NCBI GenBank assembly: GCA_963824735.1
Contig: CAWGQH010000009.1
Location: 12,142 to 76,141 of the forward strand
Length of the DNA: 64,000 bases
Direction: 5' to 3'
Origin: an uncultured Chloroflexia bacterium
GTDB taxonomy: Bacteria > Chloroflexota > Limnocylindria > Limnocylindrales > CSP1-4
Made by a program: the position numbers and the translations under genes. Positions 43,197-54,426 of the stretch are shown piece by piece; the first letter of the stretch is position 1, and each line of letters begins with the position of its first letter. The notes under the pieces are model-generated. The model searched no databases. It was given only the letters and a program-made list of their open reading frames with translations, and had not been told where the DNA came from.

Positions 43197-45179
43197 TTAC
43201 GAGGCGGGGAGGACGGTGACGCGGACCATCGTCGGCGGAACGCCGATGGAGGCCAGTGAGCCGTTGCCCGGCGTGACGACGTCGAGGATGAGCAGGTACT
43301 GGCCGGGCGCCGCCGGCACCGCGAGGCCGAGGGTGGCGTCGACGGTCGTCCCGGGCTCGAGCTTCGTCGGCAACGACGCGTCGACCGGGGCGAGGTTGCT
43401 GGTGCCGCCATCGAGCGCGACCCAGTGGCCGACGACCTGTGCATACGTGGCCGGGGAGCCACCGCCGCGCCGGCCGTGATCGACGACCGCCGCCTCGCCC
43501 CACGTCGCCGTTCCGAGGTTGGCGACGCGGACCGCCAGGTCGACGTTCGTGCCCGCGTCCAGGGTCGCGGCATCGGTCGCGAGCACCTTGGCGTCGAACG
43601 GCCCGACGATCCGAACGAGCATCGGCGACAGCAGGGCCTGGGTCGCCGCATCGTAGGCGACGCCATCGGGATCATGGAGCGTCACGGTGAGTCGGTACAG
43701 GCCGGCCGCCTTCGGCATCGTGACCTTGAAATCGACGCCGTACTTCTTGTAGTAGCCCTTGACCGGCTGCACCACGTCGCCAGTCCGCTCCGGCTGGACA
43801 AGCAGGACGTCGGCCGGCGGTGCGGCCGGCTCGGGGATCGCCTCCTCCGGCGTCGGTTGGGGCTGTTCGCGAGCCATGCGTGGGGAGTCGCCCGCGGGCT
43901 CTTCCGACGGAGCCGGCGCTCCGGCATCGTTTACCGCCGGGGCTGTCTCGTCGACCGCAGGGCTCGCCTGGGCGTCCTCCGGCGCGGATGACGGCTCGGC
44001 GGATGCCGCTGGCTCTTCGGCCGGTGCGGCCTCCGGCTCGGCGGACGCCTCCGGCTCGGTCGTGGGGGACGCCTCCGGTGCGGCCTCCGGTTCGGCGGAT
44101 GCCCCGGGTTCGGCAGTCTCCTCGTCCGGGACCTCTTCCTCGGGATCGGCCGGGACGACCGAGACGTCGATCGGATCCCAGCGGACACTCGCCTTGAGCT
44201 TTTCCGGCAGCTTGTCCCGGTCCTTGACCTTGAGCGGGATCCGCAGCAGCTGCTCGGATGCGGCGGTCGTCATGCCCCGGACCTTGGGCGCCTTGACCTT
44301 GATGCCCTGGCCGATCAGGGTCGGCTCGGCGGCTTCCGCCTCCTCCGCCGGGGTTGCCACGGTTGACGCAGCGCCGCGGCCGCTGGCGAGAACGTCCCTG
44401 GACGCCAGGCCCTTGCGAAGCACGATCGAGCGATGGAACCCGACGCGCCCCCGATCGGGGTCCATCTGTGCGACGTAACCCGGGCTGCGCTTGCTCTTGA
44501 AGGCGAAGGTGTTGCCGTGCGCCGTCGGAGCCGCGCGCCAGATCCGGTCGATGGAGCGGGAGCCCTGGAGCACCGAGCGGATCATGTAGGCCGGACTCGA
44601 GTAGGCATCCGCTGAAACCGCGGCAGCGCCGGCACGAATGAACCCGGCCGCGTAGTTGTCGACTCGCAGCTTCGCCTGCGCGAGCGTCCCCTCGGACAGC
44701 CCCGGCTCGGTATTGCCGCTGGCGTAACACAGGTGGTGGAGCAGGACGATGGCGTTCTTGGCGAGCTTGATCTGGTCGCCGACATACTTCTCGCCGAAGT
44801 ACTGGTGCCGGCTGTCGCTGACGCCGGCCACCGGGTTCAGGCCGAAGCCGTTCTGCGTGGGCGGGAAGGGGGAATCGCGGTAGCGGCTCGGAAAGCCGTT
44901 GCCGTGACCCATGTAGACCACGACCGACGCGTCCTGCAGGGCGGCCCGGACCTTCGGCCAGGTCGCGTTGGGCGACGCGATCACGGTGACGTCGGACGTG
45001 TAGCGCCGGGCGATCCGGGCGGCCTCGTCGGCCTGCGCGCGGAAGCGGTCGGTCATGCCGGGCCCAACCGGGCCAACGACGATGACGACCTTTGCAGGGC
45101 GTGCGGCGGCGGAGACGACGGGAACCCAAAGTCCCGCCACCAGGAACGCCGCGAATAGGCAGGCTAGCAGGCGTTTCAC
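43197..45179 (-). CDS. Secreted multidomain protein with caspase/gingipain-like (clan CD) His-Cys motifs, acidic linker and C-terminal Ig-like domain
   Basis: Signal peptide from GTG 45179, VVYMGHGNG..LLHHLCYASG motifs, and an E/P/A-rich linker. Confidence 0.6.
   Translation of the reverse strand: MKRLLACLFAAFLVAGLWVPVVSAAARPAKVVIVVGPVGPGMTDRFRAQADEAARIARRYTSDVTVIASPNATWPKVRAALQDASVVVYMGHGNGFPSRYRDSPFPPTQNGFGLNPVAGVSDSRHQYFGEKYVGDQIKLAKNAIVLLHHLCYASGNTEPGLSEGTLAQAKLRVDNYAAGFIRAGAAAVSADAYSSPAYMIRSVLQGSRSIDRIWRAAPTAHGNTFAFKSKRSPGYVAQMDPDRGRVGFHRSIVLRKGLASRDVLASGRGAASTVATPAEEAEAAEPTLIGQGIKVKAPKVRGMTTAASEQLLRIPLKVKDRDKLPEKLKASVRWDPIDVSVVPADPEEEVPDEETAEPGASAEPEAAPEASPTTEPEASAEPEAAPAEEPAASAEPSSAPEDAQASPAVDETAPAVNDAGAPAPSEEPAGDSPRMAREQPQPTPEEAIPEPAAPPADVLLVQPERTGDVVQPVKGYYKKYGVDFKVTMPKAAGLYRLTVTLHDPDGVAYDAATQALLSPMLVRIVGPFDAKVLATDAATLDAGTNVDLAVRVANLGTATWGEAAVVDHGRRGGGSPATYAQVVGHWVALDGGTSNLAPVDASLPTKLEPGTTVDATLGLAVPAAPGQYLLILDVVTPGNGSLASIGVPPTMVRVTVLPAS
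44023..44103 (-). repeat. Imperfect coding repeat (ASAEPEAAP) in the linker
   Basis: 27-bp units at 44023 and 44077 (period 54) on the + strand, GGTGCGGCCTCCGGyTCGGCGGAyGCC. Confidence 0.65.
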
Positions 45180-45396
45180 GACAGGTAGACACAACCCCTG
45201 TTCGATGGCATGGCGAGCGTAACCCAACTCATGGCCCTACGACCATACCTATGTGCGGTTATCTCACCCTTATGGACGCCGCCGGGTGAGCCCAGCGTTG
45301 ACAAAACGCCCCACCCGGGCCGATTGACCCATAGCGCGGGACGTGGGAGGAGCAGATCTCCCGGCCGCCGGGCTCCGCTGGGGACAAGTCGGGGCG

Positions 45397-46950
45397 TCAC
45401 TCCATCCCCTCCATGATGTGCCAGACGCCCATCATGCCGATGTCCTCGTGCTCGATGATGTGGCAGTGGATCATCGCCATCCCGGCGTAGTCCATGACCG
45501 GCATCAGCAGCTCCACGGTGCCCATGCGCGGGACGATCGTGACGTCCTTCCATGCCGGGGCCGTCGTGTAGAGACTGCGGTAGCCGGCGTCGCCGCCCGA
45601 GATCGAGAGCACCTGGGCCGAGTTGGTGTGGTGGTGGAATGGGTGGTCCATCCCGCTCGCGTTGGTGATTTCCCAGATTTCCCACGTCCCGGTTTCCGAA
45701 TGGGTCATGAAGCAGTTCTCGTGGTCGACGTAGGTGATGCCGTTGATCGCCACGCCGCCGTGACCCATCTCGAGGCTGATCCGCTTTCGCGGGAGGGCGC
45801 CCAAGTCCATGGACACGCGCGCGGCCGACGGGTCGACCGCCGCCGGGATCGACTGGTTCTGCTTGCTGCCGCTGTAGGTCAGCGTCATGAGCGTGACCTG
45901 CTGCTGGCCGCTCATCCCGCCACGGGCATACGGCATCGAGAACCACTTGTACGAACCGGACTTGCGCGACGCCTTGACAAGGATGTCGACGCGCTCGCCG
46001 GGTGACAGAAGGAGCTCGCTGACCTGGTACGGCTTGTCGAGCAGGCCGCCGTCAGTCCCGACGAGGTGCATGGCGTGGTCCTGGAGCGACAGGCGGTAGA
46101 ACCGGGCGGTCGACGCGTTGACGACCCGCCAGCGCTGGACCTGTCCGGGCGCGATCGAGAGCCGCGGATTGACCTGCCCGTTGACCATGACGGTTCCGCC
46201 CTCGAGCCCGTGCATGTAGTCCATGTGCGAGTCGTGGGCGGCGGGCTCCGAGCCGGAAAGCGTGATGTCCTTGAGGACGATGACCTTCTCGCTGAAGGCG
46301 GACAGCGCCGGCACCTCGTCCTCGACGACGAGCGGGGCCGACAGGCCGCCCCACATCTGATCTGACACGTTGCCGTGGATGTGGGGGTGGTAGAAGTTGA
46401 GATTACCCGCCGGATGCTTCGACAGGTCGTACTCGTAGACCGTGTTTTCGCCGGGAGCGAGCATGACCATCATGTTGTCCGCGTGCGTGCCGTTGGCGTT
46501 GTCGCCCGGCGACACGTGCAGGCCGTGGGTGTGGAGGTTCGTCATCCGGACGGGGTGACCGAGGTAGTTGATGGCGTCGTCGTCCGGAAGTCCGTTGCGG
46601 AAGTTGATCCGCAGGAGACGATCCCGTCGGGCGCGGATCAGTGGTCCGGGATGCGCGCCGTTGTAGGTGATGAGGTTGGCGGATGCACCGTTGACGTCGA
46701 CGGCGGCACGCCGGGCCTCGAGGGCCACCTCGACGATGCCAGGATCCGTCGACTGGTTCGCGATGAGTGCTGGCTGCCGGAAGGCCTGGCCGACCGGTGG
46801 ATCGATGATGGTGACGCCGCCTCCCATGCCTCCGCCGCCCATCCCGCCGCCGCCTGGACCGCGGGCGATCGGAGCGGCTCCCGGCAGGAGAGCTGCGGCT
46901 CCAGCCAGGGCGGCCCCGCGGATGAAAGTGCGCCTGCTGATGGCGGTCAC
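45397..46950 (-). CDS. Tat-exported three-domain multicopper oxidase (CueO/laccase-like)
   Basis: SRRTFI twin-arginine signal and Cu motifs HTHGLH, YHPHIH, HPFHHH, HCHIIEHEDIGM. Confidence 0.92.
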   Translation of the reverse strand: MTAISRRTFIRGAALAGAAALLPGAAPIARGPGGGGMGGGGMGGGVTIIDPPVGQAFRQPALIANQSTDPGIVEVALEARRAAVDVNGASANLITYNGAHPGPLIRARRDRLLRINFRNGLPDDDAINYLGHPVRMTNLHTHGLHVSPGDNANGTHADNMMVMLAPGENTVYEYDLSKHPAGNLNFYHPHIHGNVSDQMWGGLSAPLVVEDEVPALSAFSEKVIVLKDITLSGSEPAAHDSHMDYMHGLEGGTVMVNGQVNPRLSIAPGQVQRWRVVNASTARFYRLSLQDHAMHLVGTDGGLLDKPYQVSELLLSPGERVDILVKASRKSGSYKWFSMPYARGGMSGQQQVTLMTLTYSGSKQNQSIPAAVDPSAARVSMDLGALPRKRISLEMGHGGVAINGITYVDHENCFMTHSETGTWEIWEITNASGMDHPFHHHTNSAQVLSISGGDAGYRSLYTTAPAWKDVTIVPRMGTVELLMPVMDYAGMAMIHCHIIEHEDIGMMGVWHIMEGME

Positions 46951-47020
46951 GGTGTTCTCCCTCTGGGGGACGCCGATGTGGGCCTGGGCGCCGGCGGGGC
47001 CGGCGCCCGGTCGAGGGTGG

Positions 47021-50000
47021 CTACGGAAGGGTCAGGATCGGGGACGGGGTCGCATCCACCTGGGCCGAGGGCCCGAGGGCGTTGGTCGACCAGACCCTGA
47101 ACCAGTAGTTGGTGTTCCGACTCAGACCGCCGATCGTGGCGCCGGTGGCATTCGCTGCGACGTTCGTGCTGGCGACGCCGGTCGTGAAGGCGGCGTCCCT
47201 CGCTCGCTGGACGACGAAGCCGGACTCGTTGGTGGAGTTGTCGGTCCAACTGAGGACGATGCTCCGGTTGCCGCCCTGGCTCGGTCCGACGACCGCCGAG
47301 ACGCTGGACGGCGCGGACGGGATCGACACGTTCGCCATGGCGATATTGGACCAGCCCGACTTCCCGGCGACGACGGAGTTGACGGCCGCCACGCGGTACG
47401 TGTAGGTGGTGCCGAGAGCGACCGTCAGATCGGTGAACGACGTCGAGCCCGTGTTGCTGCGGGCCGGCGCCGTCGCGAGCTGGGTGAAGCTCACGCCGTC
47501 GAGCGAGCGCTCGATGACGAAGCCGGTCTCGTTGGCGGCGTTGTCCGTCCACGTCAGGTTGACCCGAACGGGGCCGCCGATGATGCCGGCGGTAAGGCCG
47601 GTCGGGGCACGGAGCACGGCGACCTCGGGCGAGATCGACTGGGCGGTCATGGACGGATACTGCCCGCCGTAGCCGATGGTGTTCTGGGCCACGACGCGGT
47701 AGGCGAGGTGCTTGAGTTCCAGCGGAACGTCGCGTCCGTGTAGGAGCGTGTCTCGTGGATGTTCGGCTGGTCGAGCGGCGAGAGCACCGGGTTGGGCAGG
47801 TTGGCCCACGCTCCGGCTCCGGCCTTTCGCTGGACGACGAACGACGTCTCGTTGATCGAGTTGTCGTTCCAGCGTGAACGTGAACCGGCGGTTGTTGCCG
47901 CTGCCGGTGATGACCCACGTGAGCCTGTCCGCCTTGAGCGGCGGCGAGCGCGACCGAGCCACGGGCCGCATCATGTCCATCTCTTCATGGCTCAGGATGT
48001 GGCAGTGCTAGACGTACTCCCAGCCGAAGTTGACGAGCTGCGTTGGTGATCGGCGCCGTCGGGTTGCCTGGCCGGATCGAAGTTGTTGAAGCCCATCGCG
48101 TCGCGCCGATCGGCATCATCGGGTTGAGCGGCCGGATCGCTGTTCGGGACTTCGAACGGGACCTCGGGGATGATCGGCCGGAGGGCAACGATGGTGTCCT
48201 GCGAGCGGACTGATCGCGGACGGTGTCCTTCCAGCCGAGCTCGGTCTTGTCGGGTCGGGATGATGATGTTGTCCCAGGTGACCCGGTTGAGCACCTGCAC
48301 GTCGAACAGGTGGAAGTGGATCGGGTGGGTGTCCACGCCGTTGTGCGTGATCTTCCAGACCTGGGTGCCGTCCGAGCCGACGTGATCGGCGAGACTTGAC
48401 GTCGCGACGTGCGCCGTTGGCGTCGTAGGCGACGTTCTGCTTCGGCAGGTTCGTCGCGTCGATGAGCTCCGTCGGCGGGTTCACGAACGGGTACGAGCGT
48501 GACGTTCTGCTGACCCGGGTGTCGGCGGCTGGGCCTCGAGCCCGAGGTTCGCCATCATCCGCCCGAACTCGTCGAAGGTCGTCGAGTTCATCTCGTCGTG
48601 CATGCGCCTTCGGCTCGACGGGGATCGCCAGTCTTGTGCGTTCGGTTGCGCCAGGGTGTTGAAGCCGAAGTTCTGGTGTCGTTGATCCGAGACCAGGCCC
48701 GTCGCAGCGCGTGCAGGGTTGCTGTCGGGCGGTGTTGCAGTTGCTGCTGGCGACGAAGTTGGTGCCGTAGGCCGAGTTGTACGGCGGCCTGCCCGACGAT
48801 GATCGGGTGCTGACGCTCGACTCGAACACGCCGGTACCGTCGGCGTGATGCCTGAACGCGTTCTGCAGCTTCGACAGGTTGAAGCCGGCAGCCGGGGCGG
48901 TGTCGGCGATCTTGACCTGCATGATCGGTCCGGGTGTTCGGGCCGTAGCCGGGCAGGATCGTCGGCGCGCCGACCGGGCTGAGGTCCGGGGCGCCCGTGT
49001 AGTAGTCGTAGGACGGGACGCGGGCCGGGAACGCAGCCGGCGCGTCGTTGTACAGGATCAGCGTCTTGCCGGCGAACTTCGAGAAGTCGACGATCGCGTC
49101 GGCCCGCTCGGCGGGCGCCAACAGCAGCGAGTGCTGGTCGACGTTGCCGACGTCGAACCGGGTCGGATCGGTGATCCAGGTGGTCGGCTGCTGGCCGTCC
49201 ACGATCACCGGGGCCGGCAGGAAGCCGCCCTCGGTGCCGATCTGGATCCAGTCCGGTCCGGCGGTCGCGACTCCTGGACCGGGTCGGGAAGACCACCGGA
49301 TCGGTCTGGGCCGCGGCGAGCTCGGCGGGGTTCGAGCGCGACCTCGGTCGCCCGATCAGCGTCGCCGTTGGCGTTGAGCCCGGTGCTGGCCGTGGTCGGA
49401 TCGCCGACGTACCACTGGAAGTTGAAGAAGCGGTCGTTCGCCGCGTTGAGCATGCGGAGGCGATAGGCCTTCGGCTCCAGGGTCACGGTCGGGTAGGCCG
49501 TCCCGTTGACGATCGGCGTGTCGTTGAACTGTTCCATCCCCGCCGAGATGTTCGGCGTTCCGGGGATCTGCTGCGGCTCGCAGAACGGGTCGGTCTGGTA
49601 CTGCCACGTCGCCGGGTCGTCCAGGTTGCAGGGGCGTCGGCGTCGTCAGTGCGCGGCGTTGTCGGGCCCTCGGGTCCTTGCCGTAGTACGGGTTCGGATC
49701 GTCCGTCGGCCGGCGGCCAGAACCACGGCCCGTACATCCAGCGCCCGAAGGCGCTCATGCCGCCCGGGTCGCCGGGGTTCTGGGCGGGCATGTACACGTG
49801 GTGGTACCAGAAGGTTCCCGAGGCCACCCCAGCGGCTCGTGTCCCAGGTCGGATCCTGCGCCGCGAGCTGGGCATCGTCCGGAACGAAGGTGCGGTCCTG
49901 GACGATGAGCGGGATGCTGTCGGCCGGGCCGGGGATGGTCGCCGGTGTCGATGAGCTTCTTCTCGGTCGGCGTCCCTGAGCACGTAGCCGGCGGCCTCGC

Positions 50001-53000
50001 CGGCGTACACGTTGAGGCGGGTGATGCCCCACGAGTGGTCGTGGTAGAACATCAGCCGGGCGCTCTGCTGATTGGTGTAGTAGAAGGTCTGCGCATCCGT
50101 CATCGGCCGCCGTGCAGATCGGGCATGTCGGGCACGTTGCGCACGCTCACGCCCTGCGGCCACGGCGGTCGTCTCGTTGGCCGGGGTGATCCACTGGTGG
50201 GGCGTGCCGTCGCTGATCCACGGGGTGTTGCCACCGTGCAGGTGCACTTCGGCCCGGTTGTCACTTGAAGCAGCTCTCCGGCTTCGGGTAGTCGCTGCAG
50301 GCCGGATTGCGGATCGTCATCCATGACGGTGCTGTCGTCGAGTCGGCTCGGCCATGTTCATCGGGCCCATGCCCGAACCCATCGAGCGTCGAGTCGGTCG
50401 GCAGGAACAGGTCGCCCTCCGTGCCCGTCGGCAGCAGGTTGTAGAAGACGATCCGGACCGGCTGGTCCTTCGGGGCGACGATCGTCGGTCCGAGGTAGTG
50501 CGGCGGTGTCGACGCCGAGCCCCTGGGTGACCCCGTCGGGCATGAGGACCGGGGTCGTCGTCCCATCAGAGCAGTGTTGGCACCGGCCAGGGATGGCTGC
50601 TCGCCTGGGACGCGGCCGTCGAGAGCTGGACGTAGCCGCGGACCAGCGTCGGCGGCAGATCGCTGTGAATCTGACGTCGCGGTGCTGCACCACGGCCGAT
50701 GACGTAGTAGTCGGCAGCGATGCCGCGGAACGTCGTCGTGTCCGGCTCGGCCGAGCGGGATGTACTGGCCGAGGTTGTTCGCGCAGGCTCGGTGGCAGGC
50801 CAACCGGGCAGGGTGTCGACGAACTTGCGGATGCCCGGCCGGTGAGGTAGCCGGACCCGCCGGCCGCGTGTGGTCGAGTCCCGATGACCGCGCCGAAGTC
50901 GGTCGTGGCCGTCGCCGCTCGCGCCCGTGCCCGCGCCGCGTGTCACCGAAGGTCGACGGTCGGAGCGGACGTGTAGCCGGCGCCGAACGTGTCGAGGGCG
51001 ACGGTCGGCGATCTCCAGGGTCGTCGTTCCGGCCGTGACCGTGCGACGGGCGTGGTTGACCGGGTCGAACAGCGTCCCGTCGCGGATCACGACTTCGGGG
51101 CCGAGGTGTAGCCGGAGCCCGGGTCGGTGACGGTCACGCCGGCGACGTGAGCGGGTCGTCCGGGTCGGGTGCAGGTTGCAGTCAGGGATGGGTCGGCGCA
51201 GCACCGCCACCCGTGCGCCTGACGTCCCGTTCGGGTCGTCAGGCAGGTCGAAGTCGACGGTCGGGAACTGTGTAGCCGCTTCCCGGGTCGGTGACCGTGA
51301 CCGCATCCACGCCGCCGTTGACCGTGCCCGTGGCCTGGGTTGCGCCGGCGGTGACCGCGACGCTGGCGCCGAACCCGTAGGTCCGCGCTTGGCCGAAGTC
51401 GGGGAAGCCTGCGCTGCCGAAGGTCACCGTGTCGCCCTGGGCCGGAGCGGCCGGGGCGGGATAGCTGAAGCGGTCGAGGCCGACGAGCGTGTCGACCGGG
51501 ATGCCGGCCCCGTAGAAGCCGAGGACGTCGCCAGCCTGGACCGCCACCGGTCGAACGGGATAGGTCGCCAGCTCGGATGCGACCCCGGAGAGCGCCGGGA
51601 CCGTGAGCTCGCCGCTGTCGAAGACGACGTCGTACTCGTCCGCGACTCCGGTCGGCCGGAGGACATACGCGTGGAACTTCTGGTCGGCCGACGGCACGGG
51701 CGCACCGCCCGGCGTGGCCTGGTTCCACGACTGGAACTCGGTGAGGTTCCCGGCTGGAAGTGCCGTCGGAACGACGACGAAGACCGGGACGAGCGGTGCC
51801 GCCGGCTGCGTCAGGTTGGCGTCGTCGAGGGTGACCGTCATGGGCGGGTTCGCGAAGACGATGACCCACGGCGTCGAACCGGAGACGCTCGCGCCGGGTC
51901 AGCCCGGCCTCGACCTCGGCCGCGGTCGTGTCCAGGCGATCGCCGCGGAGGTAGTGCCGTCGACCGTCAGGGTGAAGGTGCCACCAGTGGCACTTCCGAC
52001 TGTTGCCTCATAGGTGGCCGCGGGGCTGACACTTTCGCCCGTCGCGGCCCGGGTAAGGCCAGCGAAGCTGGCGTCGACGGCCGTCGGGGCCGCTGTGAAG
52101 GTCATGACCCAGGGATCGCCGGTCGCACCGGAGCCCGTTACGGTTGCGGCGCTGAGCGCGGAGAGGGCGGCCTCCACCTCGAGGGCCGTCGCGTTCCAGG
52201 CAATCGGTGCGGTTAGGGTCCCGTCGATGTCGAGCGTGAAGCTGCCGCCGGAGGCGCTGCCGACGTCGACGTTCCAAACATCAGGCGTCGCGCCGACTGG
52301 AGCACTCGCATCCGCCACACCGCGGGTCGACGCGGCGCCGTCGATGGAGACGACAGGGTCGTTGGCGTTGAACACGATGGTCGACGGGCCATTGCCCGTG
52401 ACGGTGGCGCCCGCGAGCTCCGCCTCGATGGCAGCCGCCGACGCGTCGAATGCGATCGGTCCGCTCGTGGAGCCGTCGACCGTCAGGGTGAAGTTGCCGC
52501 CGGTCGCATTGCCGGCGGTGACAAAGAACGTATGGTTGGCGACCTGCGTCACCGCGGCGGGAACAACCGCGGGCGGCGCCACGTAGTCGGTGGCGAAGGC
52601 GCGGTCGATCATCGGGTTCCCGACGACGGTGTTCGTGACGACGCCGCCCCCCCCCGAGAACGTGACCGTCGGCGCGGTGTAGCCGCTGCCGCCCGCCGTG
52701 ACGTTGACGGAGGTCACGGCGCTTGACGCGGTGACGACCGCGCTCGCGGTCGCGCCCGTGCCGGCGCCGGTGATGTTCACGGTGGCGTTCGTGTAACCGC
52801 TCCCTGGGTCGGTGATCGTGATGCCGGTGACCTCACCGTTGGCGCCCACCGTGGCCGTCGCGGTGGCGCCGAGGCCGTCGCCGACGATTTCGACATCAAC
52901 GTCGGCGGTCGTCAGGGGACTCAGCGCCCAGTTCGGGTACGGCCCGAAGTAGTGGGGTACCTTCGATTTATCGGTCGGTCCGGCCGGCAGGCTCACCGCA

Positions 53001-53104
53001 GGGGCATCGTCCCCTGGAGTGGGAGCTACCTGCGCCGCCGCCGAGCCCACCGTCGTGAGCCCGAGCACCAGTGCGGCCACAAAAGCCGCGAGCTTCCTTG
53101 CCAT
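47021..53104 (-). CDS. Giant secreted multicopper oxidase with beta-rich repeat stalk and C-terminal FN3 domains; heavily frameshifted, with one in-frame TAG
   Basis: Signal peptide, HYFGPYPNWALSP, GSGYT repeats, RKFVDTLPG, HLHGG, FYHDH, HPIHFH, EYV*HCHILSHEEMDM (TAG at 48008-48010) and two FN3-like modules. Pieces lie in many frames. Confidence 0.75.
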
Positions 53105-53397
53105 GGGATCCCTCACTCCATCTGGACCGCATCCAGCGGACCTGCGCCGAACTGACCTGTTCTCGTCGTGCCGCGCTCGAGAGGCGCGCACGGCCCGGGA
53201 ATCCGCGGAGACGCGCGGACCCGTCGAACGTACGCAGGCAGCTGCCAGACGTAACCGGGGATGACCCGGAGCCGGGTACGGGATCCAAGGTCCGGGCCGG
53301 GCCACGGATTTACCGTAGGCCCACTGAGTCGCGACCGGTATTGGGATCGGTACATCCACGGGTCCCGGGTCGGACGAATTGGTCCTACAGTCGAGCG

Positions 53398-53780
53398 ATG
53401 GGTCGCCGCGATGAACTCGATAGCGCGGCCGCGGGGGTCGACATCGGCCGCTGCTGCCGGGAGAGCGGCTGGTCGCGCATCGCGGGGCCGCGACCTTCGA
53501 TCGCCGCCAGACGCGACGCCAGCGCCGGCCCGTCGGTGAGCTCTACCTGACGTCAGCCAGGCTGCTCTTCGTCAGCTCGCCGATGGCATCGATCCCGCTC
53601 GATTCGATCGAGGATTCCATCCTGATCGGGGATCGGATCCAGCTCATGGTCCGCGGCGGCGTCGGCGTATTGATCGACGCCGACCGAGCGCGCCTCCTCC
53701 GCGAGCAGATCGCCGCCGCCAGGGCCATCCGAAGGAAAACGCGGAACGATCCGCCGAAGGATCAGCCCTCGCCCCGATAG
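53398..53780 (+). CDS. Small PH/GRAM-like domain protein (frameshift near 53435-53450)
   Basis: TACAGT-N6-ATG at 53398. Downstream frame reads PLLPGERLV..GELYLTSARLLF..IPLDSI. The track's 53583 ORF is the C-terminal half. Confidence 0.55.
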
Positions 53781-54426
53781 TGCTGCGACGCCTCGACCCT
53801 GTTCCGGACACCGAGCTTGTGGAGCACGCTGCTGACGTGCGTTTCGACCGTTCGGGTCGAGATCGTGAGCGCCCCGGCGATCTCGCGATCGGTCATGCCT
53901 TCGGACAGCAGGCGCAGGACCTCCCGCTCGCGTGAGCTCAGGCCGTGGTCAGTCAAGGGATCGTGCCCGGAGGGAGCGTGGCGGGCGCGATCGGCGAGGT
54001 GCCGGACCAGACGTGCGGCCATCCGCCGCGGGATTGCCAGATCGCCGGCATACGCACCTCGCACCGCGCGGAGCAGCGCATCCGGCGTCAGGTCCTTGGT
54101 GAGGTACCCGCTCGCGCCGAACTCGATGGCGTCCAGCACGTCGTCGTCTGCGCTCGACACGGTGAGCATGACGAAGCGTGTCTCAGGCAGTCGGGGCACG
54201 AGCTCCCGAACCAGCTGCACGCCCGAGGCACCCGGCAGCCCGATGTCCACGAGCATCACGTCCGGTCGCGTCCTGAATCGCGATCTGCGTGCGCGTCCTC
54301 GGCCGATCCTGCTTCGCCCACGAGCTCGATATCGGGCGCGTCGATTGCCTGGCGAACCGCCGATCGGACCAGCGGATGGTCATCGACGAGCATGACGCGG
54401 ATGCGTCGTTGCGTGGAGGGCGTCAA
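53762..54426 (-). CDS. NarL/LuxR-family response regulator (frameshift at ~54270-54290)
   Basis: GGAGG then TTG 54426, VMLVDDH, VDIGLPG, GYLTKD and LSSREREVL..STRTVETHV motifs. Confidence 0.88.

Noticed and set aside
53583-53780. CsrA-like look of EDSILIGDRIQLMV
   Set aside because: The frame continues upstream into a PH-like motif, and CsrA's N-terminal L.L.R and conserved RNA-binding Arg pattern are absent.
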